From positions 480,001 through 544,000 of the forward strand of contig CAVQHD010000001.1 of the NCBI GenBank assembly GCA_963712275.1: a DNA stretch of 64,000 nucleotides. Direction: 5' to 3'. Positions 6,800 to 15,823 of this stretch are shown in pieces; position 1 is the first letter of the stretch, and every line of letters begins with the position of its first letter. A program made the translations under genes and the position numbers. The DNA is from an uncultured Rhabdochlamydiaceae bacterium. Its GTDB lineage: Bacteria; Chlamydiota; Chlamydiia; Chlamydiales; Rhabdochlamydiaceae. The notes under the pieces were generated by a model. That model had not been told where the DNA came from. It saw nothing but the letters and a program-made list of their open reading frames with translations, and made no database searches.

Positions 6800-9451
6800 T
6801 TAGAACTTCCGGCGACACCCCACCCCAACGCCCTCATCGTCGCCGCTGCGGTTGTGGCCGCCGTAGAGGCCGCCCGCGGCAAAGCCGCCAACAACTAATG
6901 CCCATCCATCCTGCTTGTCATAGAGCTCTTGACACCGCATATAGGTCCATGGACTATCAGAATAAAGCTTTTGGCCTGTACTAACGTGGCGGAGGAATAT
7001 ACAGGTGGTTGCTTCAAGGATCTTAGGAAGTTCGTAAGCTACCCCAGTTTTTTGAGCATGAGTTGCAACGAGCTGCTTCTGATCGGCGTAAGTTTTATTG
7101 CGGCTTCCTTCGATGACATCGCGGGTCATGAGAACCCAGTATGATTGGATCGTAGGTTGATCTTGATACTCGCCTAAACGAAAATAGCTGTATTGCGTCG
7201 CAGGGCCTTGCTTTGGCTTTGCTGCGAGCTCTCCAAGGGTTTTGAGGGTGAGGGGCTGGCCGTTCACGGTTTTGGGGATGAGGACGAGAAGGTGGGTCTC
7301 TTCGACTTTTTTGCCGGGCCAAAAGGGACAGGGGCTTTGGAGGATTTGGCCGATGTCGGCAGGGAGCGGCGGCTCTTCTCCAATATCTCCAAAGTAGGTG
7401 TCCCATTTGGCTTTTCCAAAGGCGATGGAGGGAAGAGAGAGAATCTTAGCAGGTGGAGGAGGGCTTTTTAAGTGGTCGAGCTCTTTCTGAAGAGTTGCAA
7501 GCTTATCGTTGGTACGATTTAAGTCTTGACGTGTGGTGTCTAGCTCACGAGCGGTTTTGTCAAGGGTCATAGAGAGTTGAGACACCTGGCTGTTTGATTC
7601 TTTAAGTTCCTTTGAAAGTTGATGCAGATGCTTCTGGGTCAGGAGGTGGACTTTCTGGGTGGTGTTGAGGTGTTGCATGAGGGGATCGATCTGTTGGAGC
7701 TCGGTGAGGATAGGGCCAAGCTGGGTGAGGCTGCCTTGAAGAAAGGCGAGAGTGGCGGCCTCGTAATAGGTTGGGACGGCTTGGGGGATGTTGTTGTTTG
7801 CGTGGAGAATTTTGGCAAGAGCGAGGGCTTGCTCAAGGGTTGGAAACTTCTCATACGCTTCTCGATAGATCTTTTCCGCTTGGGGTTTATTGCCTTGATC
7901 TTGGTGGGCTTTGGCAAGGCAGTTTAAGATCTCTTGGAGTTTGGGGGATTTTAAGTCGGCGTAGAGAGCGGCGAGGGTTTCATAAAGGGGGATGGGGAGT
8001 GCAGGGAAGAGTTGGAGGGTTCCTTGTGCAATGGCGTCGGCGGTTTGAAGGTCTTTTCGCTGAAGGAGGGCTTGAAGCCATTGAAGAGTCCAGATGAGGG
8101 CTTTTTGAGGTTTAGGGAGCTGGGATTGGGCTTTTAAGATTTTTTGGCAGTAGGAAGGTTGGAGGTCGAGGGTTGTGAGGTGCCGATAAGCTTTAACGAT
8201 TTGCTTGAGGTCTTTTTGTGTTTCATACATCTGTCCAAGGGCGAGGAGTTTTGTTTGGAGCTGTTTTGGGTCTTGGCTTAAAAGTTTTAGATGAACGAGG
8301 CGGTCAAGAAAGGGGTTGGGAGATACTTGTTCTGCTTGGAGGCAGAGCTTCTCAGCAACAATATATTCATTATTTTCGAGGGCATGACAGGCGCCTGTGA
8401 GGAGGAGATGGGCTTTGTCTTGAGGATGGGGAAGGAGGTCTGAGAGGATGGTGTAAATCTGCCACTGGGTGGGGTCGTGTCTTAAGATGTATTGGTAGAG
8501 GAGGATGGCTTTCCCGGGGTGGTCTTTTTGACAGGCGGCGGCAGTCTGAAGGGCGATGGGGATGGCTGCTCTGGTTTGCTTGAGAAGGGCATAAAGATGG
8601 AGTAGGGTGAACGTGAGAGGAATGTTAAAGCGAGGATTTTCTTGGAGGCAGGATGAAAGAAGCTGAGCGGCTTTCTCTATTTCTTGGGCTTGGAGTTGGT
8701 ACTTGACAAGGTGGAGGGTGGCAAGGAGGGCTTTGAGGGGGTCTTTCATCCTTTGAAAGAGGAGGGGGATGGTTTGATAGTCTTGCCATTTCTGGGTAAA
8801 TTGGAAGGCTTTTTGATACGCTTCGAGGGCTTCTTGGTATTCTTGTTCTTGCATATAGGCTTGGGCGCTTTCAAGATTGCGGAGGGCGAGGGTTTCATTG
8901 GATTTCTTGAAGAGGTTGAAGGTGGGGATGGGGTCTTGCGCTTGCCAGGCTTCGAGGGTTTGCTTGAGTTGCAGGTTGGGAGTCAGGGTGGTGATGGGCT
9001 GGCGACTGAGGGGACAGGTCTTATTTTTCTTGAGGTGTTCTTTGATAGCGCCTCTCTCAAAAGTATGGCCGCAATTGTCGATGACGGGGTCTTTTAAGAT
9101 CTCTAAGGTGATCGGACAGGTGAACGGTTCAGCCTGTCTGTTTTCAAGGGGGATTTCGAGTTTAACGAGATTTAAGAGATGGTCTAACTCTTTCAGAGCG
9201 TCTTGAAGTGGCTGAGATGCAGAAGGGTTCGGAGGAAGGAGCTTTTTTTGCTCAAAGAGATCAAGGAGGGGTTTTACACGAGATGACGTGAAGAGGCTTT
9301 GGATGGTGGTGGGATCGGTTTCGAGCGCTGTTTTAAAGAGCCGTTTGCCTGAGATGTCGTAGATCTTCAAGCTAACAGTCGTTGGATCTTTGACTTGAAA
9401 GAGATAAACCTGATCAGCGGTGCGGTGTTGGTAAACAGATTTGAGAGCCAT
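6800..9451 (-). CDS. DGR target 1: U-box + TPR-like repeats + coiled coil + putative CLec-fold variable domain
   Basis: U-box FTCPITLEILKDPVIDNCGHTFERGAIKEHLKKNKTCPLSRQPITTLTPNLQLK; TPR-like helices (YQEALEAYQKAFQ); heptads ELDTTRQDLNRTNDKLATLQKEL; VR1 at 3' end. Confidence 0.9.
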   Translation of the reverse strand: MALKSVYQHRTADQVYLFQVKDPTTVSLKIYDISGKRLFKTALETDPTTIQSLFTSSRVKPLLDLFEQKKLLPPNPSASQPLQDALKELDHLLNLVKLEIPLENRQAEPFTCPITLEILKDPVIDNCGHTFERGAIKEHLKKNKTCPLSRQPITTLTPNLQLKQTLEAWQAQDPIPTFNLFKKSNETLALRNLESAQAYMQEQEYQEALEAYQKAFQFTQKWQDYQTIPLLFQRMKDPLKALLATLHLVKYQLQAQEIEKAAQLLSSCLQENPRFNIPLTFTLLHLYALLKQTRAAIPIALQTAAACQKDHPGKAILLYQYILRHDPTQWQIYTILSDLLPHPQDKAHLLLTGACHALENNEYIVAEKLCLQAEQVSPNPFLDRLVHLKLLSQDPKQLQTKLLALGQMYETQKDLKQIVKAYRHLTTLDLQPSYCQKILKAQSQLPKPQKALIWTLQWLQALLQRKDLQTADAIAQGTLQLFPALPIPLYETLAALYADLKSPKLQEILNCLAKAHQDQGNKPQAEKIYREAYEKFPTLEQALALAKILHANNNIPQAVPTYYEAATLAFLQGSLTQLGPILTELQQIDPLMQHLNTTQKVHLLTQKHLHQLSKELKESNSQVSQLSMTLDKTARELDTTRQDLNRTNDKLATLQKELDHLKSPPPPAKILSLPSIAFGKAKWDTYFGDIGEEPPLPADIGQILQSPCPFWPGKKVEETHLLVLIPKTVNGQPLTLKTLGELAAKPKQGPATQYSYFRLGEYQDQPTIQSYWVLMTRDVIEGSRNKTYADQKQLVATHAQKTGVAYELPKILEATTCIFLRHVSTGQKLYSDSPWTYMRCQELYDKQDGWALVVGGFAAGGLYGGHNRSGDDEGVGVGCRRKF
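6801..6895 (-). repeat. DGR variable repeat VR1
   Basis: Matches TR with 9 substitutions at TR adenines, one non-A change (gtc>ggc), one extra codon and the IMH AAG vs AAC difference. Confidence 0.93.
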
Positions 9452-9568
9452 AGATGCCTCCTTAAAATTTTAGAGGAAGTTTATCAGAAGGAGATAGTTC
9501 TTTGTCTAGTTTTTATTTTTAGTCTATGAGCCTATCCGCAAAATCCTATAGAAAGGCATCTTTATCAT

Positions 9569-9597
9569 TTGACAGCACCTCTTAAGAAAATTAAAAT
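9569..9597 (+). promoter_or_regulatory. Sigma70/sigma66-type promoter upstream of the TR
   Basis: TTGACA (9569-9574), 17-nt spacer, TAAAAT (9592-9597). Confidence 0.7.
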
Positions 9598-9859
9598 GGG
9601 GTCGCTTTGGTCATGAAGGATAAGCCTGTATGGGTTTTCCTCCTGAAGCAGTTCGTTAATAGCCTAAAAGGCTGGTGTCAGAATACATTAGGTTCAAGGA
9701 TCTTTGTAGCGTACACTACGATAGAACTTCGTGTCGGTGTCTTGAGAGAAGGAGCAAATACTCTGGTCTCCAAATAAAATACAAGAGCTTGCAGGGCCTT
9801 ATTGATGCTTTGAGCTCTGGTGACTGTAGAGGGACACTGACATACATCTTTCTCCCGTC

Positions 9860-9951
9860 GTTGTTGGCGGCTTTGCCGCGGGCGGCCTCAACGTCAACAA
9901 CAACAGCAACGACAATGAGAACGTTGGGGTGGGGTGTCGCCGGAACTTCTA
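9860..9951 (+). repeat. DGR template repeat (TR), probably part of a non-coding DGR RNA
   Basis: GTTGTTGGCGGCTTTGCCGCGGGCGGCCTC-AACGTCAACAACAACAGCAACGACAATGAGAAC-GTTGGGGTGGGGTGTCGCCGGAACTTCTA; 17 adenines in the core; homologous to three VRs; next to avd and RT. Confidence 0.95.
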
Positions 9952-10341
9952 TGATGCGCCCATGTTGCCTCTTTGAGGCTGTGCATGGGCGACGGACTTG
10001 AGCCATCCTCCGACCATTTTCCCAATTTCTTGCAAGATTGTTTGAACCTCGAGGTACTGCTTGGGATTGAGAGTGCGCGTTTCTTTGGCGAGTCGGATAA
10101 GTACTTTGAGAAGATCGACTTTAGAGCTGATGATGTAGAGCAGCTCGGTTTTTTCTTCAGTTTTACTATAGCCGGCTTGAAGGATCGTTTCTAACAATAC
10201 AAGGGCGGTATTTTCACATTTTTGCCAGAGAGTATACCGCTGGCTTTTGGAGATGCGTTCATGGTAACTATGCAAAACTTTATAGAGCTCATAGGTTTTA
10301 TGGAAAAGAGGGATGTCGAGAACGGTACGTCTTTGTGTCAT
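9949..10341 (-). CDS. avd: DGR accessory variability determinant Avd (four-helix bundle)
   Basis: MTQRRTVLDIPLFHKTYELYK...RYTL...LKVLIRLA...LQEIGKMVGGWLKS; basic ~130 aa, between TR and RT. Confidence 0.9.
   Translation of the reverse strand: MTQRRTVLDIPLFHKTYELYKVLHSYHERISKSQRYTLWQKCENTALVLLETILQAGYSKTEEKTELLYIISSKVDLLKVLIRLAKETRTLNPKQYLEVQTILQEIGKMVGGWLKSVAHAQPQRGNMGAS
9957..9991 (+). other. Stem-loop immediately 3' of TR (candidate spacer structure of the DGR RNA)
   Basis: CGCCCATG/CATGGGCG outer stem, GCCTC-TTT-GAGGC inner stem. Confidence 0.6.
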
Positions 10342-11380
10342 GAAGAATGATCTTTTTGATGCGATGGTTTCATTGGAGCACTTGTTTGCATGTTGGGATG
10401 AGTTTAAGTGCGGCAAGCGTAAAAAGAAAGATCTTCAATCTTTTGAGAGGTCTTTAGAAGATCATATTTTTGAACTCCATCAAGAACTCACGTCGTTTCA
10501 GTACCGACATGGCTCTTATGAGCAATTTCGGGTGTTCGAACCAAAAGAGCGATCAATTAGTCGGGCCTCTGTCAAAGATCGTCTTGTACACCACATGCTG
10601 TATGTGACTCTGACAAAAATATTTGATCGAACATTTATCTTTCACTCCCTCTCATGCCGCCTAGGGAAAGGGGTTCATAAGGGGATTTCCTATTTCGAGC
10701 AAATGGTTCGACAGGTGAGTCAGAATGGGACGGGAAGTTGCTATGCTTTAAAAATGGACATTCGTCGATTTTTCGATCATGTTAACCATTCCATTTTAAA
10801 AGCGCTGATTCGAAAAAAGGTCCACGATGAAAAGGTGCTTTACATGGCGGATCTCATCATCGATAGTTTTAAAAAGGGAACGGATCTCTTTGGAGCAAGG
10901 GGTATGCCTTTGGGCAATGTGACATCTCAACTGTTTGCAAATATTTATCTCCATGAGCTGGATGATTTTATTAAGCAAAAGTTAAGAGATAGGTTTTATT
11001 TACGCTATTGTGATGATTTTGTGATTCTATCACGCAAAGCGGAGCCGTTACTGCGGCGTATCTGCCAGATCGAGGAGTTTCTAGAGACCCATCTCCGGTT
11101 GGAGCTTCATCCAAAGAAAGTGATCCTTTCAAAGCTATCCCAAGGGATCGATTTTTTGGGATATGTGATGCTTCCGCACCACATCCGTCTACGGATGCAG
11201 ACCAGGCGGCGGCTGAAAAGACGGCTTAAGGAAGCCTACAAGGCGTATCAAAAAGATGATCTAACCTACGTTCAAATGGATCAGAAGATTCAGTCCTATT
11301 TAGGAATCTTATCTCATGCCAATGAATTTCATTTTTCACAGGCGATCAAAAATGCGTACTGGATCAGAAAATGTCTCTAA
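10340..11380 (+). CDS. DGR reverse transcriptase (ORF can extend to 10313)
   Basis: KDRLVHH, KMDIRRFF, DGR-type GMPLGNVTSQLFAN, RYCDD, GIDFLGY; ~350 aa with no maturase domain. Confidence 0.95.
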   Translation: MKNDLFDAMVSLEHLFACWDEFKCGKRKKKDLQSFERSLEDHIFELHQELTSFQYRHGSYEQFRVFEPKERSISRASVKDRLVHHMLYVTLTKIFDRTFIFHSLSCRLGKGVHKGISYFEQMVRQVSQNGTGSCYALKMDIRRFFDHVNHSILKALIRKKVHDEKVLYMADLIIDSFKKGTDLFGARGMPLGNVTSQLFANIYLHELDDFIKQKLRDRFYLRYCDDFVILSRKAEPLLRRICQIEEFLETHLRLELHPKKVILSKLSQGIDFLGYVMLPHHIRLRMQTRRRLKRRLKEAYKAYQKDDLTYVQMDQKIQSYLGILSHANEFHFSQAIKNAYWIRKCL

Positions 11381-11520
11381 AAAAGAGCCCCACTCACCCG
11401 GCTGGGTCCCCCGGAAAAGATCCCAGCGATGTAAGACCACCCTTTTCCCCTTCCCAACTTGCTGGCCAAGTTACCAAGCGCTCTTTCCAACTTCCAAGGG
11501 ATCCAATGGTCCAAGGGCTG

Positions 11521-13491
11521 TTAGAACTTCCGGCGACACCCCACCCCAACGACCTCATTGTCGTGGCCGTAGTGGTAGCTGACGCGGAGGCCGCCCGCGG
11601 CAAAGCCGCCAACAACTAATGCGCATCCATACTGCTTGTGATAGAGCTCTTGACACCGCGTATGGGTGTTTGGAGCATCAGAATAAAGCTTTTGGCCTGT
11701 ATTGACGTGGTGGAGGAATATACAGGTGGTTGCTTCCAGCACTTTGGGAAGTTCGTAAGGCAGTCCCGTTTTCTGAGCATGAGTTGCAACGAGCTGCTTC
11801 TGGTCAGCGTAGCCTTTACTGCGGCTTCCTTCGATGACATCACGGGTCATGAGAACCCAATACGATTGAGTTACAGGTTGGTCTTGATACTCTCCTAAAT
11901 CAAAAGACCTGTACTTCGTTGCAGGGCCTTGCTTTGGCTTTGCTGCGAGCTCTCCAAGGGTTTTGAGGGTGAGGGGTTGGCCGTTCACGCTTGCGGGGAT
12001 GAGGGCGAGGAGGTGGGTTTCTTCGACTTTTTTGTTGGGCCAGAAGGGACAAGGGCGCTGAAGGATTTGGTGGATGTCGGGAGGGAGCGGCGGTTCTGCC
12101 CCAACATCCCCAAAGTAGGTAGCCCATTTGGCTTTTCCAAAGGCGATGGAGGGAAGAGCAGAGGTGATGGGTTTGGGAGTGAAGACAATTGGAGGTGGAG
12201 GTTGAAGCGAGGGGCTTGATAGTGGAGAAGGCGGCGTTTTGTAGGTATGAGATGGCTGGGGTTGGGGCGAGGAAGGGGCTGCACTTCCAGCTGGGGCTTG
12301 TGGAGCTTGAATTTGCTGGAGCTTTTTATGCACAAACGTTCGAACTTTACCTTGGGTGTCGAAGAGTTTGGTCGTCCATTGGTAAAACTCTTGGTCTTGA
12401 GAACTAAGAGTTTGGTTGGGATCGAGGATGATGAGGACTTCTGATTTTTGTTCCAAGACTTGAATAAGGTTGGGGTCTTGTTTTACAACTTCTTTTTCGA
12501 GGAGGTCGAGGATGTGTTCAAGGAGATAGTGGATGGTGGTGGGGTTGAGGGGTTTGGCGGGGTTGGGGAGGAGGTCGGGTTGGAGTTCGACCCAAAACCG
12601 GGCGAGGGTTTGGGATTTTTGGAAGACGACGATTTCATCCCAGGCGGGGTTTTGGGTGTCGGTGCAGGGGTAGTAGTTGGCGCACATGGGGTCGGAGGGG
12701 TTGATGGAGATGACGGGGATGTAGTGGGCGTTGTAGTTTTGGTAGGCGCCAAGGCCTTGTCCGAGTTTTTGCATGTCGCTGGGTGTTTGGGGGTCGTCGG
12801 CGACGACGGGGTAGGGTTCTCGGAGGGAGACCCAGGCGAGGAGGAGGTTGCCGTCGCTGTAGATGTCGGCGGCATATCTAGCGCTGGTGGTGAAGTAGAT
12901 GCCGCTTCCGAAGAAGCCGACGTCAGTGCTTTGGGTGTCGTCGGTGTTTTGAAGGAATTGGTGTTTGCCGAAGTAGGTGAAGCCGGTTTGGCAGATGGAG
13001 TGGGCAATGGAGGCTTTGGTGCCATGCCAGAAGGGAAGGACTTTGGTGGAAGTATAGGTATCTTTTCGTTGATTGGATTGTTGGATGGAGAAGGGAGAAT
13101 AAGGAGCTGCGAGGGTGCGGAAGCGGTGGATGACTTTTTGTCTTAAGGTGGGGAGGTCTTCTTGGTTCCAACGGGGGGCAAAGTGGGGGCTTTGGGCTTC
13201 TTGCTCCATGGTGGGGATGGCGGCTTCGAATTGGTTGGTGTGGTGGGGGTTGTGGATGCAGTAGGCGCGGGAGATGGAGCGGTTGAGAGGTCTTTGGGCT
13301 TGGAAGTACTGCTGGATGAAGGCCCATTCAGGATCGCCTTGGGTGATTTCACATTTGCGATAAGTGGAAGAGGTGGTTGTTTGGGCTTGAAGTCTTTGAA
13401 ACAGGGCTTTGCTGATGTGCCAGGGGGTTTGGGGATTTGGGAGGAGGTTTGCTAGAGGGGGTGGGAGGCTGGTGGGGGTTGTTGAATGCAT
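11521..13491 (-). CDS. DGR target 2: PARP-like ADP-ribosyltransferase domain + Pro-rich linker + putative CLec-fold variable domain
   Basis: FWHGT, FGSGIYFTTSARYA and DEIVVF (H-Y-E pattern); C-terminal domain shared with target 1; VR2 at 3' end. Confidence 0.88.
   Translation of the reverse strand: MHSTTPTSLPPPLANLLPNPQTPWHISKALFQRLQAQTTTSSTYRKCEITQGDPEWAFIQQYFQAQRPLNRSISRAYCIHNPHHTNQFEAAIPTMEQEAQSPHFAPRWNQEDLPTLRQKVIHRFRTLAAPYSPFSIQQSNQRKDTYTSTKVLPFWHGTKASIAHSICQTGFTYFGKHQFLQNTDDTQSTDVGFFGSGIYFTTSARYAADIYSDGNLLLAWVSLREPYPVVADDPQTPSDMQKLGQGLGAYQNYNAHYIPVISINPSDPMCANYYPCTDTQNPAWDEIVVFQKSQTLARFWVELQPDLLPNPAKPLNPTTIHYLLEHILDLLEKEVVKQDPNLIQVLEQKSEVLIILDPNQTLSSQDQEFYQWTTKLFDTQGKVRTFVHKKLQQIQAPQAPAGSAAPSSPQPQPSHTYKTPPSPLSSPSLQPPPPIVFTPKPITSALPSIAFGKAKWATYFGDVGAEPPLPPDIHQILQRPCPFWPNKKVEETHLLALIPASVNGQPLTLKTLGELAAKPKQGPATKYRSFDLGEYQDQPVTQSYWVLMTRDVIEGSRSKGYADQKQLVATHAQKTGLPYELPKVLEATTCIFLHHVNTGQKLYSDAPNTHTRCQELYHKQYGCALVVGGFAAGGLRVSYHYGHDNEVVGVGCRRKF
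11522..11616 (-). repeat. DGR variable repeat VR2
   Basis: 9 core substitutions, all at TR adenines, plus one extra NAC codon and the IMH difference. Confidence 0.95.
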
Positions 13492-13578
13492 ACGATTCTC
13501 CTTAATGTTGAGACTCGATAGAATCGAGTGAAAGAAAATATTAGGGAATGGTGAAGATATTTTTCAATAGGAGAGTTT

Positions 13579-13608
13579 TTGGAGCTTGATCCAAAGAAAG
13601 TGATCCTT
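13579..13608 (+). repeat. 30-nt relic of the DGR RT gene (direct repeat of 11099-11128)
   Basis: TTGGAGCTT[C/G]ATCCAAAGAAAGTGATCCTT, 29/30 identical. Confidence 0.85.
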
Positions 13609-13712
13609 AAAGGAATTAAAATAATTTTTCAGTCTAGTGATATAAGTTGCTCAGGCATATCCTTTAAATTTCAAATTCGAACTTTTAACTGTTAAGATTA
13701 AGGAGATACAGC

Positions 13713-14057
13713 ATGGCAGCCTCTACACCAATTCCGCCTCCTGGAATCAATTTGGATTTGTGGGGTCCTAAAATTTTCCCTGGAGGGAAACTTTACGTAT
13801 TTAAAGGCGAAAGGCATCTTGTTCCTACGAATTGGAAAAATGTAAGCAAAATGATGAAAGAGCTCAAATATGTTGAAAAATTGGAATGGGCTTATGCACT
13901 TCCACATCAAAGACAGGAATTGTTTAACAGGCAGCTGGAGATATTGACTAAAGACTTGCCCGTAAACTGGAGCCTCGTAGTGTGCGCTGTTGCATCAGGA
14001 CTCATCATTATCGTCGGAGTAGTTTCTGCTGTGCAATCTAAAATCGCTAAACTTTAA
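13713..14057 (+). CDS. Hypothetical protein with C-terminal transmembrane helix
   Basis: RBS AAGGAG; WSLVVCAVASGLIIIVGVVSAV. Confidence 0.65.
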   Translation: MAASTPIPPPGINLDLWGPKIFPGGKLYVFKGERHLVPTNWKNVSKMMKELKYVEKLEWAYALPHQRQELFNRQLEILTKDLPVNWSLVVCAVASGLIIIVGVVSAVQSKIAKL

Positions 14058-14074
14058 AAAATGGAAAATGATCA

Positions 14075-15034
14075 ATGACCTATCAAGTCGCTCTTAGATA
14101 TGATCCTCCTACTTATATTGATCTTAACCAACTTTATACATCTAATGGATTCAAACAAATCATCTTACGACATTGCGAATACTTGCGTGAACGTCCGTAT
14201 GAAACCTTAAATGGCCGCTTGCTGCCGATCAGCCTTATCATAGCAGGTGGATTTGTAGGTTTTTTTGCAGCTACCAAAGTCGCTGAAAAATTCAATATAG
14301 AGAAAGGAAGAATAGCTTTGCAAGGGAGTGGCATTGTCGTAGGAGGAGCTATGGGCGCTTGCATTTATGCCGGAGTTAAAGAACAAGACCTTTTCTTTAA
14401 GACTTGGAAATTTTTAAAAATCAGCCACGTCACCAATGATTTTGTTTTTAAAAAACACGAAAAAGATGAATTTTTGAACCAATTTGTAGATTGTATTCAC
14501 TATACACCAATAAAAGTCCCCGTTCGTTTACCTACAGGTCATTTGATTGATTTAGACACTTTAAAAAAAGTTCAGCCAGACAAGAACGGCGACATATTAT
14601 GCCCTCATACAAGAGAAAAGCTGGATTTAAAAAATCCAAATATTGATCTTGAACTCCACACCCTTATCTTAAAAAGATCTCAACATCTTTTGCAGGAAGC
14701 TCTCAATAATCTAGAGCCAGATTCTATCGAGCATTCTTCAACACAACTGCAATTGCAGGTTGTGGAAAAGCAGCTGTGCATCTCTCATGAGAAACATCTA
14801 AAAGGGCTAGATCAATTGCACTCAGAAAGGAAAATAACCACTGTTGAGTTAAATCGATTAAAAGCTCAGTTTTATCAGCACTTTGGAGTAGATCCAGCTG
14901 GCAAAGCGGACCCAGAAAATGACATCGAAGCTCATGCAATGAATTTCAATTTAAATTGGAAAACAATCATCCAAAATCACAGCAAAATAATCTTTAGGGG
15001 AACACCTCCAACACAGTTTATGGAAGATCTCTAA
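14075..15034 (+). CDS. Membrane-anchored protein with a degenerate U-box-like domain
   Basis: Two hydrophobic segments near the N-terminus; FVDCIHYTPIKVPVRLPTGHLID...CPHTRE resembles a U-box. Confidence 0.6.
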   Translation: MTYQVALRYDPPTYIDLNQLYTSNGFKQIILRHCEYLRERPYETLNGRLLPISLIIAGGFVGFFAATKVAEKFNIEKGRIALQGSGIVVGGAMGACIYAGVKEQDLFFKTWKFLKISHVTNDFVFKKHEKDEFLNQFVDCIHYTPIKVPVRLPTGHLIDLDTLKKVQPDKNGDILCPHTREKLDLKNPNIDLELHTLILKRSQHLLQEALNNLEPDSIEHSSTQLQLQVVEKQLCISHEKHLKGLDQLHSERKITTVELNRLKAQFYQHFGVDPAGKADPENDIEAHAMNFNLNWKTIIQNHSKIIFRGTPPTQFMEDL

Positions 15035-15136
15035 AATGAGAAGGAAGAGATTATAGTCCTAGTACTCCATCAAGCTCAAAATAGAAAGACCCCCTGCTAA
15101 GGCGCGGATTTTGATTCTGCAATATCAAGCCTAGCT

Positions 15137-15556
15137 TTACGCGCTTTTATGACGTGGATAAGCTAGAATTTTCTCACCCATGATTAAGGCATAAATATCT
15201 TCTTCATGTGTTTGAACCCAATCGGCAATTTGTGCTTCTAATCTTACCACTTTAGTCGGTAATGCTTTTTTAGTGCCTTTAGGACGGCCAGCCCTTGGTC
15301 TCAATCCTCCTCGGCCTTTAGTTTTCTTTTCCATCTTGGATTCTAATCGGTTATCTAGCCTGTGAGCAATAAACTCTCTAAGATATTTTGGATAATTTTC
15401 AATAACATCCTCTTTAGATTTTCCGCCATATTCCACTGGATATAAACGATGCTCAAAAACCCATTCATGAACCTCTTTGTCAAACCATGGCTCTATACTT
15501 CCAATTTCTTTTAGAGCTTTTTTTAAATGCTCATTTATTTCTTTCTTGGTGGCCAC
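15137..15556 (-). CDS. HicB-like/antitoxin-like protein with RGGxRxxAGRP DNA-binding motif
   Basis: YGGKSKEDVIENYPKYL (cf. HicB GxTxEEA), KGRGGLRPRAGRPKG. Confidence 0.5.
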   Translation of the reverse strand: MATKKEINEHLKKALKEIGSIEPWFDKEVHEWVFEHRLYPVEYGGKSKEDVIENYPKYLREFIAHRLDNRLESKMEKKTKGRGGLRPRAGRPKGTKKALPTKVVRLEAQIADWVQTHEEDIYALIMGEKILAYPRHKSA

Positions 15557-15823
15557 TTTAACCCCCTTTCCTTACATAATTTTTCAATTTTTCTTACGCT
15601 TGTTGGAGAAACTTCTCTCTTGCATCCTTTACTATGATAAATCTTTATAGAGCAAAGAAATACCAACCGACTGTCGTACAAGTTATAGTCAATCCCGCCT
15701 TTGGTTGGGTCCCCCGGAAAAGATCCCAGCGATATAAGACCACCCTTTTCCCCTCCCCAACTTGCTAGCCAAGTCACCAAGCGCTCTTTCCAATTTCCAA
15801 GGGGCCCAAGGTCCAAGGGCTGT

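Noticed and set aside
6596..6984. Plus-strand ORFs over VR1 (and similar ones at 11316-11619)
   Set aside because: Antisense readings of VR and its flank
9675..10006. ORFs 9675-10001 (+) and 9716-10006 (-) across TR
   Set aside because: No recognisable motifs; they are incidental readings of TR and its leader
12448..13455. Long alternative-frame ORFs (232, 180, 134 aa) here and at 16913-17920
   Set aside because: Shadows of the strongly C-skewed target genes; low-complexity translations
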